This document shows positions 49,821 to 62,563 of a stretch of 64,000 nt of DNA, piece by piece; position 1 is the stretch's first letter; every line of letters starts with the position of its first letter. Source of the stretch: Chiloscyllium plagiosum (lineage: Eukaryota); NCBI RefSeq assembly GCF_004010195.1, contig NC_057720.1:19095601-19159600 (forward strand), given 5' to 3'. Both the position numbers and the translations under genes were made by a program. The notes beneath the pieces are model-generated. The model did not search any database. It had not been told where the DNA came from and worked only from the letters and a program-made list of their open reading frames with translations.

Positions 49821-52800
49821 CGAGGCTGTTGGGAAGGTGGGTGAATGTTATTTAAGTAGGTGTGTTCTAGGCCCCAGGTCCTACACAGTAGTGTCTCCCT
49901 CCCACCCTCCTCCTCTAACCTAAATTAAAAGTCCACAGACTTGCAACAAAACACGGGGGTCGAGGGAAGTTTCTGTTGAGAAAAGAGCGAGTCTTTGGCT
50001 CAGGAGTCTTCGACAAAGAAGTTGAGAGAAATGATTATGCCACAGTTGAAGAGGGTGAAGACATGACTGCCAAGCTGATTCAGTGTACTGCGTGCATGAT
50101 TTGGGAGGTCAGGGACTCTGGTGTGATTGGCTTGTATAACTGTGAAAAGTCTGTACATGTTCAGCTTCTGACAGAGCATATTGCAGCACTGAAGAAAGAA
50201 TGAGATGACCTCAGGCTCATCCGAGAGAACAAGATCTTTCTGGACAGGACCTTCAGTGAGGTTATTACACCGAGCGTACCAGAAGAGAGTAGAAGGGAGA
50301 AGACGATGAGGAAGGCAGAGATGAGACAAGTGCAAGAGACCTCAGGAGAAGTACCTGTCAGGAACAGGTTGAATCTCTTGGAAACCGTAGAGACAGACGT
50401 CACTGCCAGTCCGAGAGGCGGTCAGGTCTGCCAATCAGAAATTGACGTGGAGGCAGAGCCAAGGAGTCAGGCATCACATAGAGCCGTGGTAATAGGGGAC
50501 TCCATAGTGAGAGGGACTGAAAGGGGTTTCTGCGGCAACTGGCGAGATTTGAGGAAGGTGTGTTGCCTTCCTGGTGCCAGGATTAAGGACATCGCAGACA
50601 GAGTGCAGGAAATCCTCAAGGGCGAAGGTGAAGAGCCAGACGTGGTGGTGCATGTCGGCACAAATGACGTGGGGAAGAAGAGGAGGGACATTCTACAGCG
50701 GGACTTCGGAGAACTCTGAAGAAGGCTGAAAAGCAGGACATCCAGGGTGGTTATCTCTGGTTTGCTTCCCGTTCCTTGAGCTGGAGAGGACAGGAACAGG
50801 AAGATTAATGGACTGGAATGTGTGGCTGGGGAACTGGTGCAGGAAGCGGGACAAACTGGAAGTTTAAGAAGGAAGTTAAAGGGAAAGTTAGAACAAGAGA
50901 AGTCAAGAAAGACAACGGAATCAATGGAGCAGAAAACTCAAAAAAGGATCATGCCGTAAGGTCAAGTGAAATAGGGATTGATAGGAAGGGTGAGGGGAGT
51001 AACAAATTAAAAATATTATATATGAATGCACAAAGCATTAGAGTTAAGGTGGATGAGCTTGAGGCTCATTTGGAAATTGGCAGTTACGATGTTGTGGGGA
51101 TAACTGAGACGTGGCTTCAAGTGGACAGGGCCTGGGAAATGAATATTCAAGGCTATGCGTGCTATCGTAAGGACAGACTGACTGGCAGAGGGGGTGGGGT
51201 GACCCTGTTGGTAAGGGATGTTATTCAGTCCCTTGCGCAGGGGGACCTAGAATCAGGGGATGTAGAGTCAGTATGGATAGAGCTGAGAAATTGTAAGGGT
51301 AGAAAGACCCCCAAACAGTAGCCTGGATGTAGTGTGTAAGTTGAATAAGGAGCTGAAATTGGCCTGTTGCAAAGATATTACTACAGTTGTTATGGAGGAT
51401 TTCAACATACAGGTAGACGGGCAGAATTCAGGATGGTACTGGACCCCAAGGAAGGAAGTTTGTGGAGTGCCTCTGAGATGGATTCTTAGAACAGCTTGTG
51501 CTGGAGCCTACCAGGGAGAAAGCAATTCTGGATTTGTTGTTGTCAACGAACCGGATTTGATCAGGGACCTCTGACCTAAAGGAGCCATTAGAAGGTAGTG
51601 ACCACAATACAATAAGCTTTAATCTGCAGTTTGAAAGGGAGAGGGTAGAATCGGAAGTGACAAAATTTCAGTTGAATAAGGGGAACTATGGAACTATGAG
51701 GGAGGAGCTGGCCAAAGTTCAATGGTGCAATACCCTAGCAGGGATGGCAGTGGAACAACAATGGCAGGTATTTCTGGGTATAATGCAGAAGATGCAGGAT
51801 CAGTTCATTGCAAAAAGGAAGAAAGATCCTAAGGGGAGGCAAGAGTGGCCGTGGCTGACGAGGGAAGTTTAGGACCATATAAAGACAAAGGGGAAAAAGT
51901 ATAACCTAGCAAAGATGAGTGGGAAATCTGAAGACTGGGAAGATTTTTAAGGAACAACAGAGGATAACTAAAAAGGAAATTTGCAAAGAAAAAATAAGGT
52001 ACGAAGGTAAACTGGCCAAAAATATAAAGGAGGATAGTAAAGTGTTTTTTAGGTATGTGAAAATAAAAAAAAGGTTAAGACTAAAATTGGGCCCTTGAAG
52101 ACAAATGGGTGAATTTATTATGAGGAACAAAGAAATGGCAGAAGAGTTGAATTGGTACTTTAGATCTGTCTTCACTGGGGAAGACACAAGCAATCTCCCA
52201 AATGCAATAGTGGCTGAAGGACCTGAACTGAAGGGAATTTATATTAGGCAGGAAATGGTGTTGGAGAGGCTGTTAGGTCTGAAGGCTAATAAGTCCCTGG
52301 GACCTGATGGTCTGCATCCCAGGGTACTGAAGGAGGTGGCTCTAGAAATTGTGGATGCATTGGTGATCATTTTTCAATGTTCTATAGATTCAGGATCAGT
52401 TCCTGCGAATTGGAGGATGGCTAATGTTGTCCCACTTTTTACGAAAGGAGGGAGAGAGAAAACAGGAAATTATAGACAAGTTAGTCTGACCTCAGTGGCG
52501 GGAAAAATGCTGGAGTCGATTATAAAGGACGAAATTACGACACATCTGGATAGCAGTAACAGGATAAATCAGAGTCAGCATGGATTTATGAAGGGAAATC
52601 ATGCTTGACTAATCTTCTGGAATTTTTTGAGGATGTAACTCTGAAGATGGACAAGGGAGATCTAGTGGATGTCATACACCTGGACTTTCAGAAAGCCTTT
52701 GATAAAGTCCCACATAGGAGGTTAATGAACAAAATTAGGGCACATGGTATTAGGGGCAAAATACTGACATGGATTGAAAATTGGTTGGCTGACAGGAAAC

Positions 52801-53966
52801 AAAGAGTAGTGATGAATGGCAGGCGGTGACCAGTGGTGTGCCGCAGGAATCAGTTGCTGGGACCGCAGCTTTTTACAATGTACATTAATGACATAGATGA
52901 AGGTATTAAAAGTAATTATTAGCAAATTTGCTGATGACACAAAGCTGGGTGGCAGTGTGAAATGTGAGGAGATTGTTAGGAGAATACAGGGTGACCTGGA
53001 CAGGCTAGGTGAGTGGATGGATGCATGGCAGATGCAGTTTAATGTGGATAAATGTGTGGTTATCCACTTTGGTGGCAAGAACAGGAAGGCAGATTACTAC
53101 CTAAATGGCATACCACTGGTCACCGCCTGCCATTCCAAAAGGGAGCCATTTATCACTACTCTTTGTTTCCTGTCAGCCAACCAATTTTCAATCCATGTCA
53201 GTATTTTGCCCCTAATACCATGTGCCCTAATTTTGTTCATTAACCTCCTATGTGGGACTTTATCAAAGGCTTTCTGAAAGTTAGGTAAAGGGGCAGTACA
53301 AGATCTAGGTGTTCTTGTAGATCAGTCAATGAAAGCAAGCATGCAGGTATAGCAGGCAGTGAAGAAAGCTAAGCATGCTGGCCTTCATAACAAGAGGAAT
53401 TGAGTGTAGAAGCAAAAAGGTCCTTCTGCAGCTGTACAGGACCCTGGTGAGACCGCACCTGGAATATTGTGCGCAGTTTTGGTCTCCAAATTTGAGGAAA
53501 GACATTCTGGCTATTGAGGGAGTGCAGCGTAGGTTCACGAGGTCAATTCCTGGAATGGCGGGACTATCTTACGCTGAAAGATTGGAGCGACTGGGCTTGT
53601 ATACCCTTGAGTTTAGAAGACTGAGAGGGGATCTGATTGAGACATATAAGATTATGAAAGGATTAGACACTCTGGAGGCAGGAAGCATGTTTCCGCCAAT
53701 AGAACAGAGCTGAGGAGAAACTTCTTCACCCAGAGAGTGGTGGGTGTATGGAATGCTCTGCCCCAGAAGGAAGTGGAGGCCAATTCTCTGGATACTTTCA
53801 AGAACGAGTTGGATAGAGCTCTTAAGGATAGTGGAATCAAGGGTTATGGGGATAAGGCAGAAACAGGATACTGATTGAGAATGATCAGCCATGATCATAA
53901 TGAATGGTGGTGCTGGCTCGAAGGGCAGAATGGCCTTCTCCTGCACCTATTGTCTGTTGTCTATTG
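49821..53966 (+). mobile_element. Near full-length CR1 LINE nested in L1 ORF1 (ORF1 zinc finger plus SGNH esterase; ORF2 APE-RT)
   Basis: ORF1 QCTAC..YNCEK, VVIGDSIVR, VVVHVGTND; ORF2 LYMNAQSI, GITETWL, GPDGLHPRVLKE, LDFQKAFDKVPH, SKFADDTKLGG, RPHLEYCAQFWSP; (CTATTGT)-like tail. Frameshifted. Confidence 0.92.
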
Positions 53967-56168
53967 GCAGCTTCTTTGAAAATTGGCTGCCGCAGTTCCT
54001 GGGCCTTCAAATAGAGTCCAGCTGGCTGCAGATTGAAAGGGCCTATCGGATTGCAGTGCACAGGTCTGGGCTGATACAGCGCCCCCGCCCAGTCCTAGTG
54101 CACTTCCATTCATGTTCAGGACAAGCAAAAAGTGATAGAAACCTCCGGATCATTGGGAAAAGACCCAAAGGTACTGCTTCACAAGGGGTTAAAAATCATG
54201 TTTTTTCCAGGATTTCTCTTTAATTCGAAAGAGGTCGTCCTTTGATGAAGTTAAAAAGAGGCTGAGGAACCTGGGCATTCAGTACTCCATGAGGTACCCC
54301 ACGGTGCCTAGTTTCAGCCACGAGAGCTCAGTTTATACATTTGACTTACCAGATAAAGCCAGAACTTTGTATACACTATAAATAGACTGACTGATCTGAA
54401 GAATGCAGTTAATGTTCGCCCTCTTTTCCTTCCCTCCCTGTGTTTTTCCTCCTTTTTTTCCTTACTCTTTCCCCAGTAACTTTTTTTTTACATCTTGGAA
54501 TAAGTTGTTCCTTTTATAACTGGACTTTATCATGGAAAATTTTGTGGGAGTCCTTTGTTGTCTCCCTTTATTTGCTTTTTCTTTTTAGTCACAGGTAGGG
54601 GTGACATGGAGCCTGGGATGGGCAGAGTGCTTATCCTGACTTTGTCTTTTTTTTTGTTGATTTAAGGATTATCTCCTTGTTTAGATTTTTTTTGCCTAAG
54701 GCTGGGGCACAATCCGGGCTTGAAGGAGAGGTTGGGTAGGACGAGTGCTCCCTATTGGCAGGGGGGACAGTCTCCCGTTCAAGGTTTTATAGTTTTTTTT
54801 GTAGTTGTTTGGTAGCAATAGTTGTTTGTGTAGTTGTGATAGAGTAGCTTTTGTATACACAATTCTGTGACGCAATGAATCTTTATTTGCTTGGCGCATT
54901 GTAAGCAGGGTACTCCCTACCGGGGGTTGAAGGGTCTCTGAAAGGGGATATGGCTAAGTGTCTTGTTAAATGGTGCACCTGGAACATCAAGGGAAGACAT
55001 TTGACTGATAAAAGGAGATAAAGGCTTTCTAGCCTTAAGAGGGTAAGGGTTGATATTGCTTTGTTGCAGGAAGCCCATCTTGATGATGGGGTGCACCTGA
55101 AGTTACAACAGGGGGGGTGATGACCGGGTATTCTTTTCATCCTTTACTACTAAAAGTAGGGAGTGACGGTACTTATCCACAAAAATCTTCTATTCACATT
55201 ATTAGAGCATGTGAAAGATGAGCAGAGGCGGTTCGTGATACTTAAAGCCCTGATACATGTGGAGGAATATGGCATTTTAAATGTCTACTGTCTTCCGGCG
55301 CATCCCCTCAAATTTTTGATTAGTACCTTCTCTAAGCTGAATGCCTTTGAATCACTGTACATTATTATGCAGGGAGGTTGGGGGGGGAGAATTTCATTTG
55401 GCTTTTGGATCCGACTGTGGGCAGGATGCCTAGTGGGCCCCCAAATATTTCTTTGCAGGCCAAGCAGGTGGCTGACTTATGCGAGGCGTTGGGGCTGGTG
55501 GACATTTGGAGATGTCTTCACCTGACCAGCAGGGACTTCACCTTTTTTCCAAACCCACATAAATGTCACATGAGGATTGATCTTTTTCTGGCTCCCTTGA
55601 CCCTTCTGGATGCGATTATGGGTTGTAAAATTGGAAATATAGCTATCTCTGATCATGTGGCAGTATATTTGGAGGTTAAGACCAAAAGTGAGGGGCTGGG
55701 TTTGCGGCACTGGCATTTGGATCCTTTTTTCCTTAAGGATTCCAAATTTGTGGAATATTTTTTGAAGGAGTTTCAGGAGTGCTTGACGATCAACTTGGGC
55801 ACGGGTAGTAGTCCGTTTATGCGACGGGAGACAGCTAAGGCCTTTGCTAGTGGATTCGCTCTTTCCTATTTGGCTAGCCCGAAACTATAGAAGGGGGGAC
55901 AGCAGCATCTACTCGAGACATGGTTGAAAGCCGTTGAGGCGGCACATTTTGCGCGGCCTTCGGTGACTAAGCCACAGCAGATCACGGCCCTCTGGGCTGC
56001 CTTGAATTCAATACTTATACAAACTGCAAAGAAAGAACTTGTTTTTGCTAAATACTTTGAAAGTATTTAGTGTACCTGACTAGGACAAAGCGTGCTCCCC
56101 AATCCATCACTGCAATTAGAGACAGTGCTGGGGTCCTTACATATGATGCCAAAATGATTAATGAGGCG
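53967..56168 (+). mobile_element. L1/Tx1-clade LINE, rest of ORF1, spacer and ORF2 APE endonuclease (3' truncated)
   Basis: ORF1 IERAYR..RPRPVLVHF and FDEVKKRLRNLGIQYSMRYP; ORF2 from ATG 54950 MAKCLVKWCTWNIKG..VDIALLQEAHL..LVDIWR..RIDLFL..ISDHVAV; ends at a PLE terminus. Confidence 0.85.
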
Positions 56169-56172
56169 TGAT

Positions 56173-56927
56173 AGTCGAGAGCGAGGTGCTGGAAAATCAC
56201 AGCAGGTCAGGCACCATCCGAGGAGCAGGAGAATCAACATTTAGACCATAAACTTTTCATCAGGAATGAGGCTAGTGGGCCAAGGGGGTTGAGAGATAAA
56301 TGGGAGGGGTTGGCCCTGGGGGTGGAGGTAGGTGAGACTGCAATAGATAGATGAAGGTGATAGGTCGGAGAGGAGGGTGGAACGGATAGATGGGAAAGAT
56401 GATAGACAGGTCAAGAGGGTTGTGCAGAGTTGGAGGCGTGGGACTGGGATAAGGTGGGAGGAGGGGAAGTNNNNNNNNNNNNNNNNNNNNNNNNNNNNNN
56501 NNNNNNNNNNNNNNNNNNNNNNNNNNNNNNNNNNNNNNNNNNNNNNNNNNNNNNNNNNNNNNNNNNNNNNNNNNNNNNNNNNNNNNNNNNNNNNNACTTC
56601 CCCTCCTCCCACCTTATCCCAGTCCCACGCCTCCAACTCTGCACAACCCTCTTGACCTGTCTATCATCTTTCCCATCTATCCGTTCCACCCTCCTCTCCG
56701 ACCTATCACCTTCATCTATCTATTGCAGTCTCACCTACCTCCACCCCCAGGGCCAACCCCTCCCATTTATCTCTCAACCCCCTTGGCCCACTAGCCTCAT
56801 TCCTGATGAAAAGTTTATGGTCTAAATGTTGATTCTCCTGCTCCTCGGATGGTGCCTGACCTGCTGTGATTTTCCAGCACCTCGCTCTCGACTCTGATCT
56901 CCAGCATTTGCAGTTCTCATTTTCTCC
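56173..56927. mobile_element. PLE 3' termini in inverted orientation on both sides of an assembly gap
   Basis: 56173-56470 is the exact reverse complement of 56596-56893; the right arm also has the tail CTGATCTCCAGCATTTGCAGTTCTCATTTTCTCCT. Confidence 0.75.
56471..56595. other. Assembly gap (125 N)
   Basis: Run of N. Confidence 1.
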
Positions 56928-56944
56928 TGTTCCCATCTTCAGTC

Positions 56945-57480
56945 AACCAGTTCCTGTCTGGCAGCAGCCTGAGATTAGACGAGTCTCTTTGTAACCTTGG
57001 AGTCGTGATTAACCCCAATGTGAGCTCTGACTTCATTAGTGCAATCATGAAGGTCACCTGTTTCTATCTCTATATCATCTTACTTACCTCTTCCTCATCT
57101 CATTATTCCTACAAAGACCTTCATCCATCCCTTTATCATCTCTGGACTTAAACTATTCAAATGCATTCATAGTTGACCTCCTTTGGCTCCCAGTTACGAG
57201 TCATTTTGGCTTTGAATTTCTCATCGATGTTTCAAGTCCTTCCATGGCCTTGCCGACCCATCTCTGTAATCTCCTTCAGTTTCATAATGCTCAAAAATCT
57301 GTTTAAGCTTATCTAATTCTAGACCCTTGAGCATCCCCAATTTTAATTGCTGTATTGTTGGTTGCTGTGCCTTCACTTTACTCAGCCTGAAGCTCTGAAA
57401 TGTTACTCTCTGCAGCTCTCCAATTCTCTTCCTCTTTTAAGAGACTCCTTAAAACATAACCCTTGGTTACCTGACATTCT
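56945..57480 (+). mobile_element. L2 LINE remnant, right half (continuation of 44860-45030)
   Basis: NLGVVINP, SGLKLFKC (SRLDY-like), LLWLPV (LHWLPV-like), FKRLLKT: L2 ORF2 C-terminal motifs in the expected order. Confidence 0.6.
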
Positions 57481-60174
57481 GTGATTAACTTGTCATATGT
57501 TGTTTTAACATATAGCTGTGAAGCATGTTGGACTGTTTTATTATTGTTAACTATAAATTCTTCTTTTTGATTTTGGTGTAATTGGGTCTTCAATGGCATT
57601 CTAAATTTGAATTTCTATTGATAAACTTGGCCCCCAAAAAACTCTCAGAATAACAAACGAAGATTCAATGGCTACCATCATCTTTAAAGTTTAATATTTC
57701 AGCTACTGTAATCCTATTTGAGCATCATAATTTTCATTTCACTTTGTGAAATGATTTTCAAAAATGTAATAATACAAGCTGTAAATTTTCTGATTTGCTG
57801 TCAATGATAGTTCTTCAGTCTGATTGATTAAATGTTGCTGAATGTCATAGATTACCCTCCAGATAGCTTTGAATCTGGTGCTATATCAGAATAAAGGGAA
57901 TTGGTGCTTTAAAGTTTACTAAACTCTTGTGGGTAATATTCCTGAAGTCAGTGCTCAACACCATCCCTCCACAGTTGACAACAAAACCAAGGCCACTCAA
58001 TCTAAACAGAAAAGTAAAGGTGCTACTTTGGAATGCGAGAAAGAGTTGTTCTTTCAAACTTCCAATTAAATTTGAATTTAAATTTAAATCAAGTAGTGAA
58101 CTTCTGTGTGAATTAGTTGAACAATCAACCCATTTGAAGACTAGTCACATCTGTAATGATGAAGCATTATGTTTGCACAGATCTTATTGGAAAAATAACA
58201 GCATTAAACATGAGCACTTATTATTGGCTAGCAAATTTTATCAAATTAAAAGTCCCACCATGAGTTGTGACTGTCATATGCACATCCATCAGTTTTGTCG
58301 ATCCATACTTGGCTCTGCACCAATAGCCTTGGCCTTTCTGTTGTTTTAGAAATTATACACTAATAATGTGTTAAACTCCCCATAGAAAGTCAAGCCTGGC
58401 AATTGAGAGTATAAGCACTATTTTAATGATGTATTAATTTTTAACAAAGGCAACTGACCTTTCCTTCTCAGGAAGTGAGCAATTTGAACTGTTAAATCTC
58501 ACTTGAGTGTTAAATGTTAGAGCTTCCTAGAATACATAATAATTAACTTTCTTGGTTTCCTTTAAATTTATTTTCTCTCTTTTAATCTAATCTACCTTCT
58601 CTCACCTTATTTCTTTCTGTAGTTGATGTAATTCTGAGCGCAAATGCCTATTCTGTCATGCCTGTATATTTCTGTAACATTAAATCCCTCCATGGTGTTG
58701 GTTTCACCTTTTCTTGAACTTGCAACCTTGTTATCCTCAGTATCTGCTCAGACTTCCAGCAATTTGCAAGCAGTTTTATTTCACAAAGGGTGCAGAATTT
58801 CCATCATGCTCTGTACTTTTATTCCAAAGGTTACTTGCCAAGTGTCTGTTCATATGATCATGGATATTTGACAACTCTGTATTGGTGAAAGTAACTGAAG
58901 GTTTGCCATGTGATTGATTCAGTATTTTTAAAGGGAGCGTTGATCTGGTTCATGCAATAACATTTTCATTCTACGTTGGCCAAACAGTTTTACATTGGCT
59001 CCCCACTTGTCCAAGGTACTATCTAACTGGGGTAGACAGGTAATGTACAAAATATGGATTGATGGGTCATGCTGTCATTTCCTTGTCTTCATGCATTTAT
59101 ATGTAATTGTACAGTGGAAGGTCCATTATAACGTGAATGCCTGTGTCCAAAATTCGAAACTGCATTATAGCTGGACCTTGGTGGTAAGAAAATTTCTATT
59201 TTCTGCCATTTCTAACTAGCAAATGAAGACTAAATAAACATGCTCAATTATTTAAAAAAAACATTCATTGAACTGGAACCCATGCATCACACGGTAAATC
59301 CTAATATTTATTTTATATCTGTAACATGAGTGTGACTTAAGTCAATTACATAACCCTTGGGATCTTAATCCCTGAAAGTGCAAACAGATTTCACATTACA
59401 GCATATTGTCTGTAAACAATGCTGTCAATTGTGAAACCAAGTGATCATAGAATATGTTAATAAGTTTAGGGTAACAGTATTTACTAAAAGATGAAATACT
59501 GTGACTTGCACCCAGTCTGAAATTGGGTAGAGGCAGCACCTTAAATATGAAGATGTTTTAAAGGAGTTTTAACATACATTTTCTTTGTTTACACATGCAC
59601 TTGTACATGCAAGCTCTTACCACAGCAAAATTCACATATTTTGAAATTATCTTTCTTTTGCACCAGTAATTTTAGCATTATTGGAGTCAATTCGCTCAGT
59701 TGTTTGGATGGCTGGCTTGCGATGTAGAATGAACCAACAGTGTGGCTGGATATATGTACCAGCTGAGGTCACGGTGAAGGCCCTGCTTTCAGAACCTTAT
59801 CATTTATTTTAGGCATTTGTAATCTTCAGATTAAATTCACCAGCAATCGACTCTCCCCCAGTGAGGAGCAGTCTTTTTTGGGAACTTGGTGACTTGCACT
59901 TCATACATTATTTGAACTACTATCGACATGAAGCTTTCTGGGGATCTTTGTTTCATATCGCATATGCAATTTTCTCAATCGTTAGATAGCGATTTCTGGT
60001 TTGCTGTTCATGTTTTTAAAAGACTGTTTTTGAACTGGATGCAGTTACCCTAGCTGCAAAGATAAAATGAATTTGCACTTCCTTTAACGCTTAGAACACT
60101 TTTGGATGCCCTAAAACACTACATGGACAAAGATCATGTACCTACATTAATATTAAATGTTATTTTATTTACAG

Positions 60175-60228
60175 GAACCTTGTTAAGAAATATGGTCCCA
60201 AACGTTCAAGTAAAGATGAAGAACCCAG
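60175..60228 (+). CDS. FNBP1L: FNBP1L next coding exon (probably exon 3)
   Basis: ttttatttacAG acceptor and GTAAAG donor at 60229; 54 nt, phase-compatible with the previous exon (AG+G = Arg); translates NLVKKYGPKRSSKDEEP(R), versus FNBP1L NLVKKYCPKRSSKDEEPR. The SSKDEEPR motif favours FNBP1L over FNBP1/TRIP10. Confidence 0.93.
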
Positions 60229-61511
60229 GTAAAGACTTGATTATGGGCATATTTAGCATTTGATATCTGTTCAGGGATGGAGAGGAATTTACAGAGACGG
60301 AGGATGATGCAGTCGTTGTGAACCATTATAGATGTCAATAATGTAAAGAGAGGTTCTACACAATTGATATGAGGAGCTAGACACTAAATTATGAAGGAGA
60401 ACCTCTGGATTGTTATCTGAACCATACGCAAATTGGCATAGGGAAAATATGATTTGAGATGTGAATGATTGGCCCCTTGATATTTGATGGTGTTACCATC
60501 ACTGAATCTCCCACTATCGATATCTTGCAGGGCAGAAGGTTACCATTGACCAGAAATTGAACTAGATTCACCACATAAACACTGGCTCATTATTTTACCT
60601 TCTGATGCATGGAACACTCATTCTCTCTAAAGTTTCAAAACTGTTTCAAAATAACTCAGCATGGAAACAGAAACAAAGTTAATTTTGAGCCACCAACAAA
60701 TAGAAAGCTCTCAAATTATCAAACACTCAAACTAGAAACCACTTCAATAAGTGATATTAAATATGAAGTAGTCCAGCACTATGTCAACTGTGCCAGTGTT
60801 GTTGTCTTCAAGCTACAATATCTTTTTAATGAGGGTCTCTGAAGTCAACAAAAGTGGTCTCAGCCTATAAGGCTGTTGTATTGACTAACTCCAATATGAA
60901 GTGAAGCGGTGATGGCTGAGGGGAAGGAAACCAACAGGGCACTATGAATTCCACTTCCCCTCACAACAATGCCGCTACTATGGAACAACCTATAGATCCA
61001 AGTTTGGGCTTCAGAGTAATCTCAACACTCAAGCCTGACAGAGGTCATCCTTGTGTGTGAGGGATTGTGGATCATGATGACAGAGGAAAGTGGGAAAAAT
61101 GAGGGCCATCTGTTTTGGTTAAAAAATGGTTTTGATCTGTGGTTCTGGACATTTTCATACTACTAGGGTTTCCATATCACCTGCTGTCAACTTGATGAAG
61201 GTTGATTGCAATAATTAGTCAAGAGCTTGTTTTATCATTGTATCATTACCAGGATGGTAGAAGGCAAATTAGATGGGCACATTTTCACAATTCCTTGGTT
61301 CCTGTGAAATTGGTGATCTTTTATACACACAAGATTTCTCACTGTTTTTGAGAGTAATGGATGAGGTGACTAGTTCTCTACTTTGAAAGTTAAGGATGTT
61401 TATACATCTTGCGCCCTTATATTACCAGTCACTGATTAACATCACAAAGACCAATGACAACAATTCGCAAATCACAACTAGTTTAGCAGTGTCTTTGAAT
61501 AAAAGCCAATG

Positions 61512-62563
61512 AGTTGAGAACTTGATTGAGTTTTTTGAAGAAGTAACAAAGAATACTGATGAGGGCAGAGCAGTAGATGTGATCAATATGGACTTCAGTA
61601 AGGCGTTCGACATGGTTCCCCATGGGAGACTGATTAGCAAGGTTAGATCTCATGGAATACAGGGAGAACTTGGCATTTGGAACCAGAACTGGCTCAAAGG
61701 TAGAAGATAGAGGGTGGTGGTGGTAGAGGGTTGCTTTTCAGACTGGAGGCCTGTGACCAGTGGAGTGCCACAAGGATCGGTGCTGGGCTCTTTACTTTTT
61801 GTCATTTACACAAATGATTGGATGCGAGCATAAGAGGTACAGTTAGTAAGTTTGCAGATGACACCAAAATTGGAGGTGTAGTGGACAGAGAAGAGGGTTA
61901 CCTCAGATTACAACAGGATCTGGACCAGATGGGCCAATGAGCTGAGAAGTGGCTTTAATTCAGATAAATGTGAGGTGCTGCATTTTGGGAAAGCAAATCT
62001 TAGCAGGACCTATACACTTAATGGTAAGGTCCTAGGGAGTGTTGCTGAACAAAGAGACCTTGGAGTGCAGGTTTATAGCTCCTTGAAAGTGGAGTCTCAA
62101 ATCGATAGGATAGTGAAGAAGGCTTTTGGTATGCTGGTCAGAGTATTGAGTACAGGAGTAGGGAGGTCATGTTGCGGCTGTACAGGACACTGAGGGGTGA
62201 CCTTATAGAGGTTTACAAAATTATGAGGGGCATGGATAGGATAGTCTTTTCCCTGGGGTGGAGGAGTCCAGAACTAGAGGACATAGGTTAGGGTGAGAGG
62301 GGAAAGATATAAGAGAGACCTAAGGAGCAACTTTTTCACGCAGAGGGTGGTACCTGTATGGAATGAGCTGCCAGAGGATGTGGTGGGGCTGGTACAATTG
62401 CAACATTTAAGAGGCATTTGGATGGGTATATGAATAGGAAGGGTTTGGAGGGGTATGTGCCGGGTGCTGGCAAGTGGGATTAGATTGGTTTGGGATATCT
62501 GGTCGGCATGGACAGGTTGGACCGAAGGGTCTGTTTCCATGCTGTACATCTCTCTAACTCTAT
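61512..62563 (+). mobile_element. CR1 LINE 3' portion with internal deletion
   Basis: LIEFFEEVTK..MDFSKAFDMVPHGRL, FADDTKIGG; CTCTCTAACTCTAT tail. Confidence 0.88.

Noticed and set aside
56241..56825. Mirror-image ORF pairs and a perfect ~300-bp palindrome around the N run
   Set aside because: The arms are identical, including apparently private mutations, and abut a gap. This is most likely collapsed or duplicated assembly sequence of a PLE terminus, and the ORFs run through Ns.
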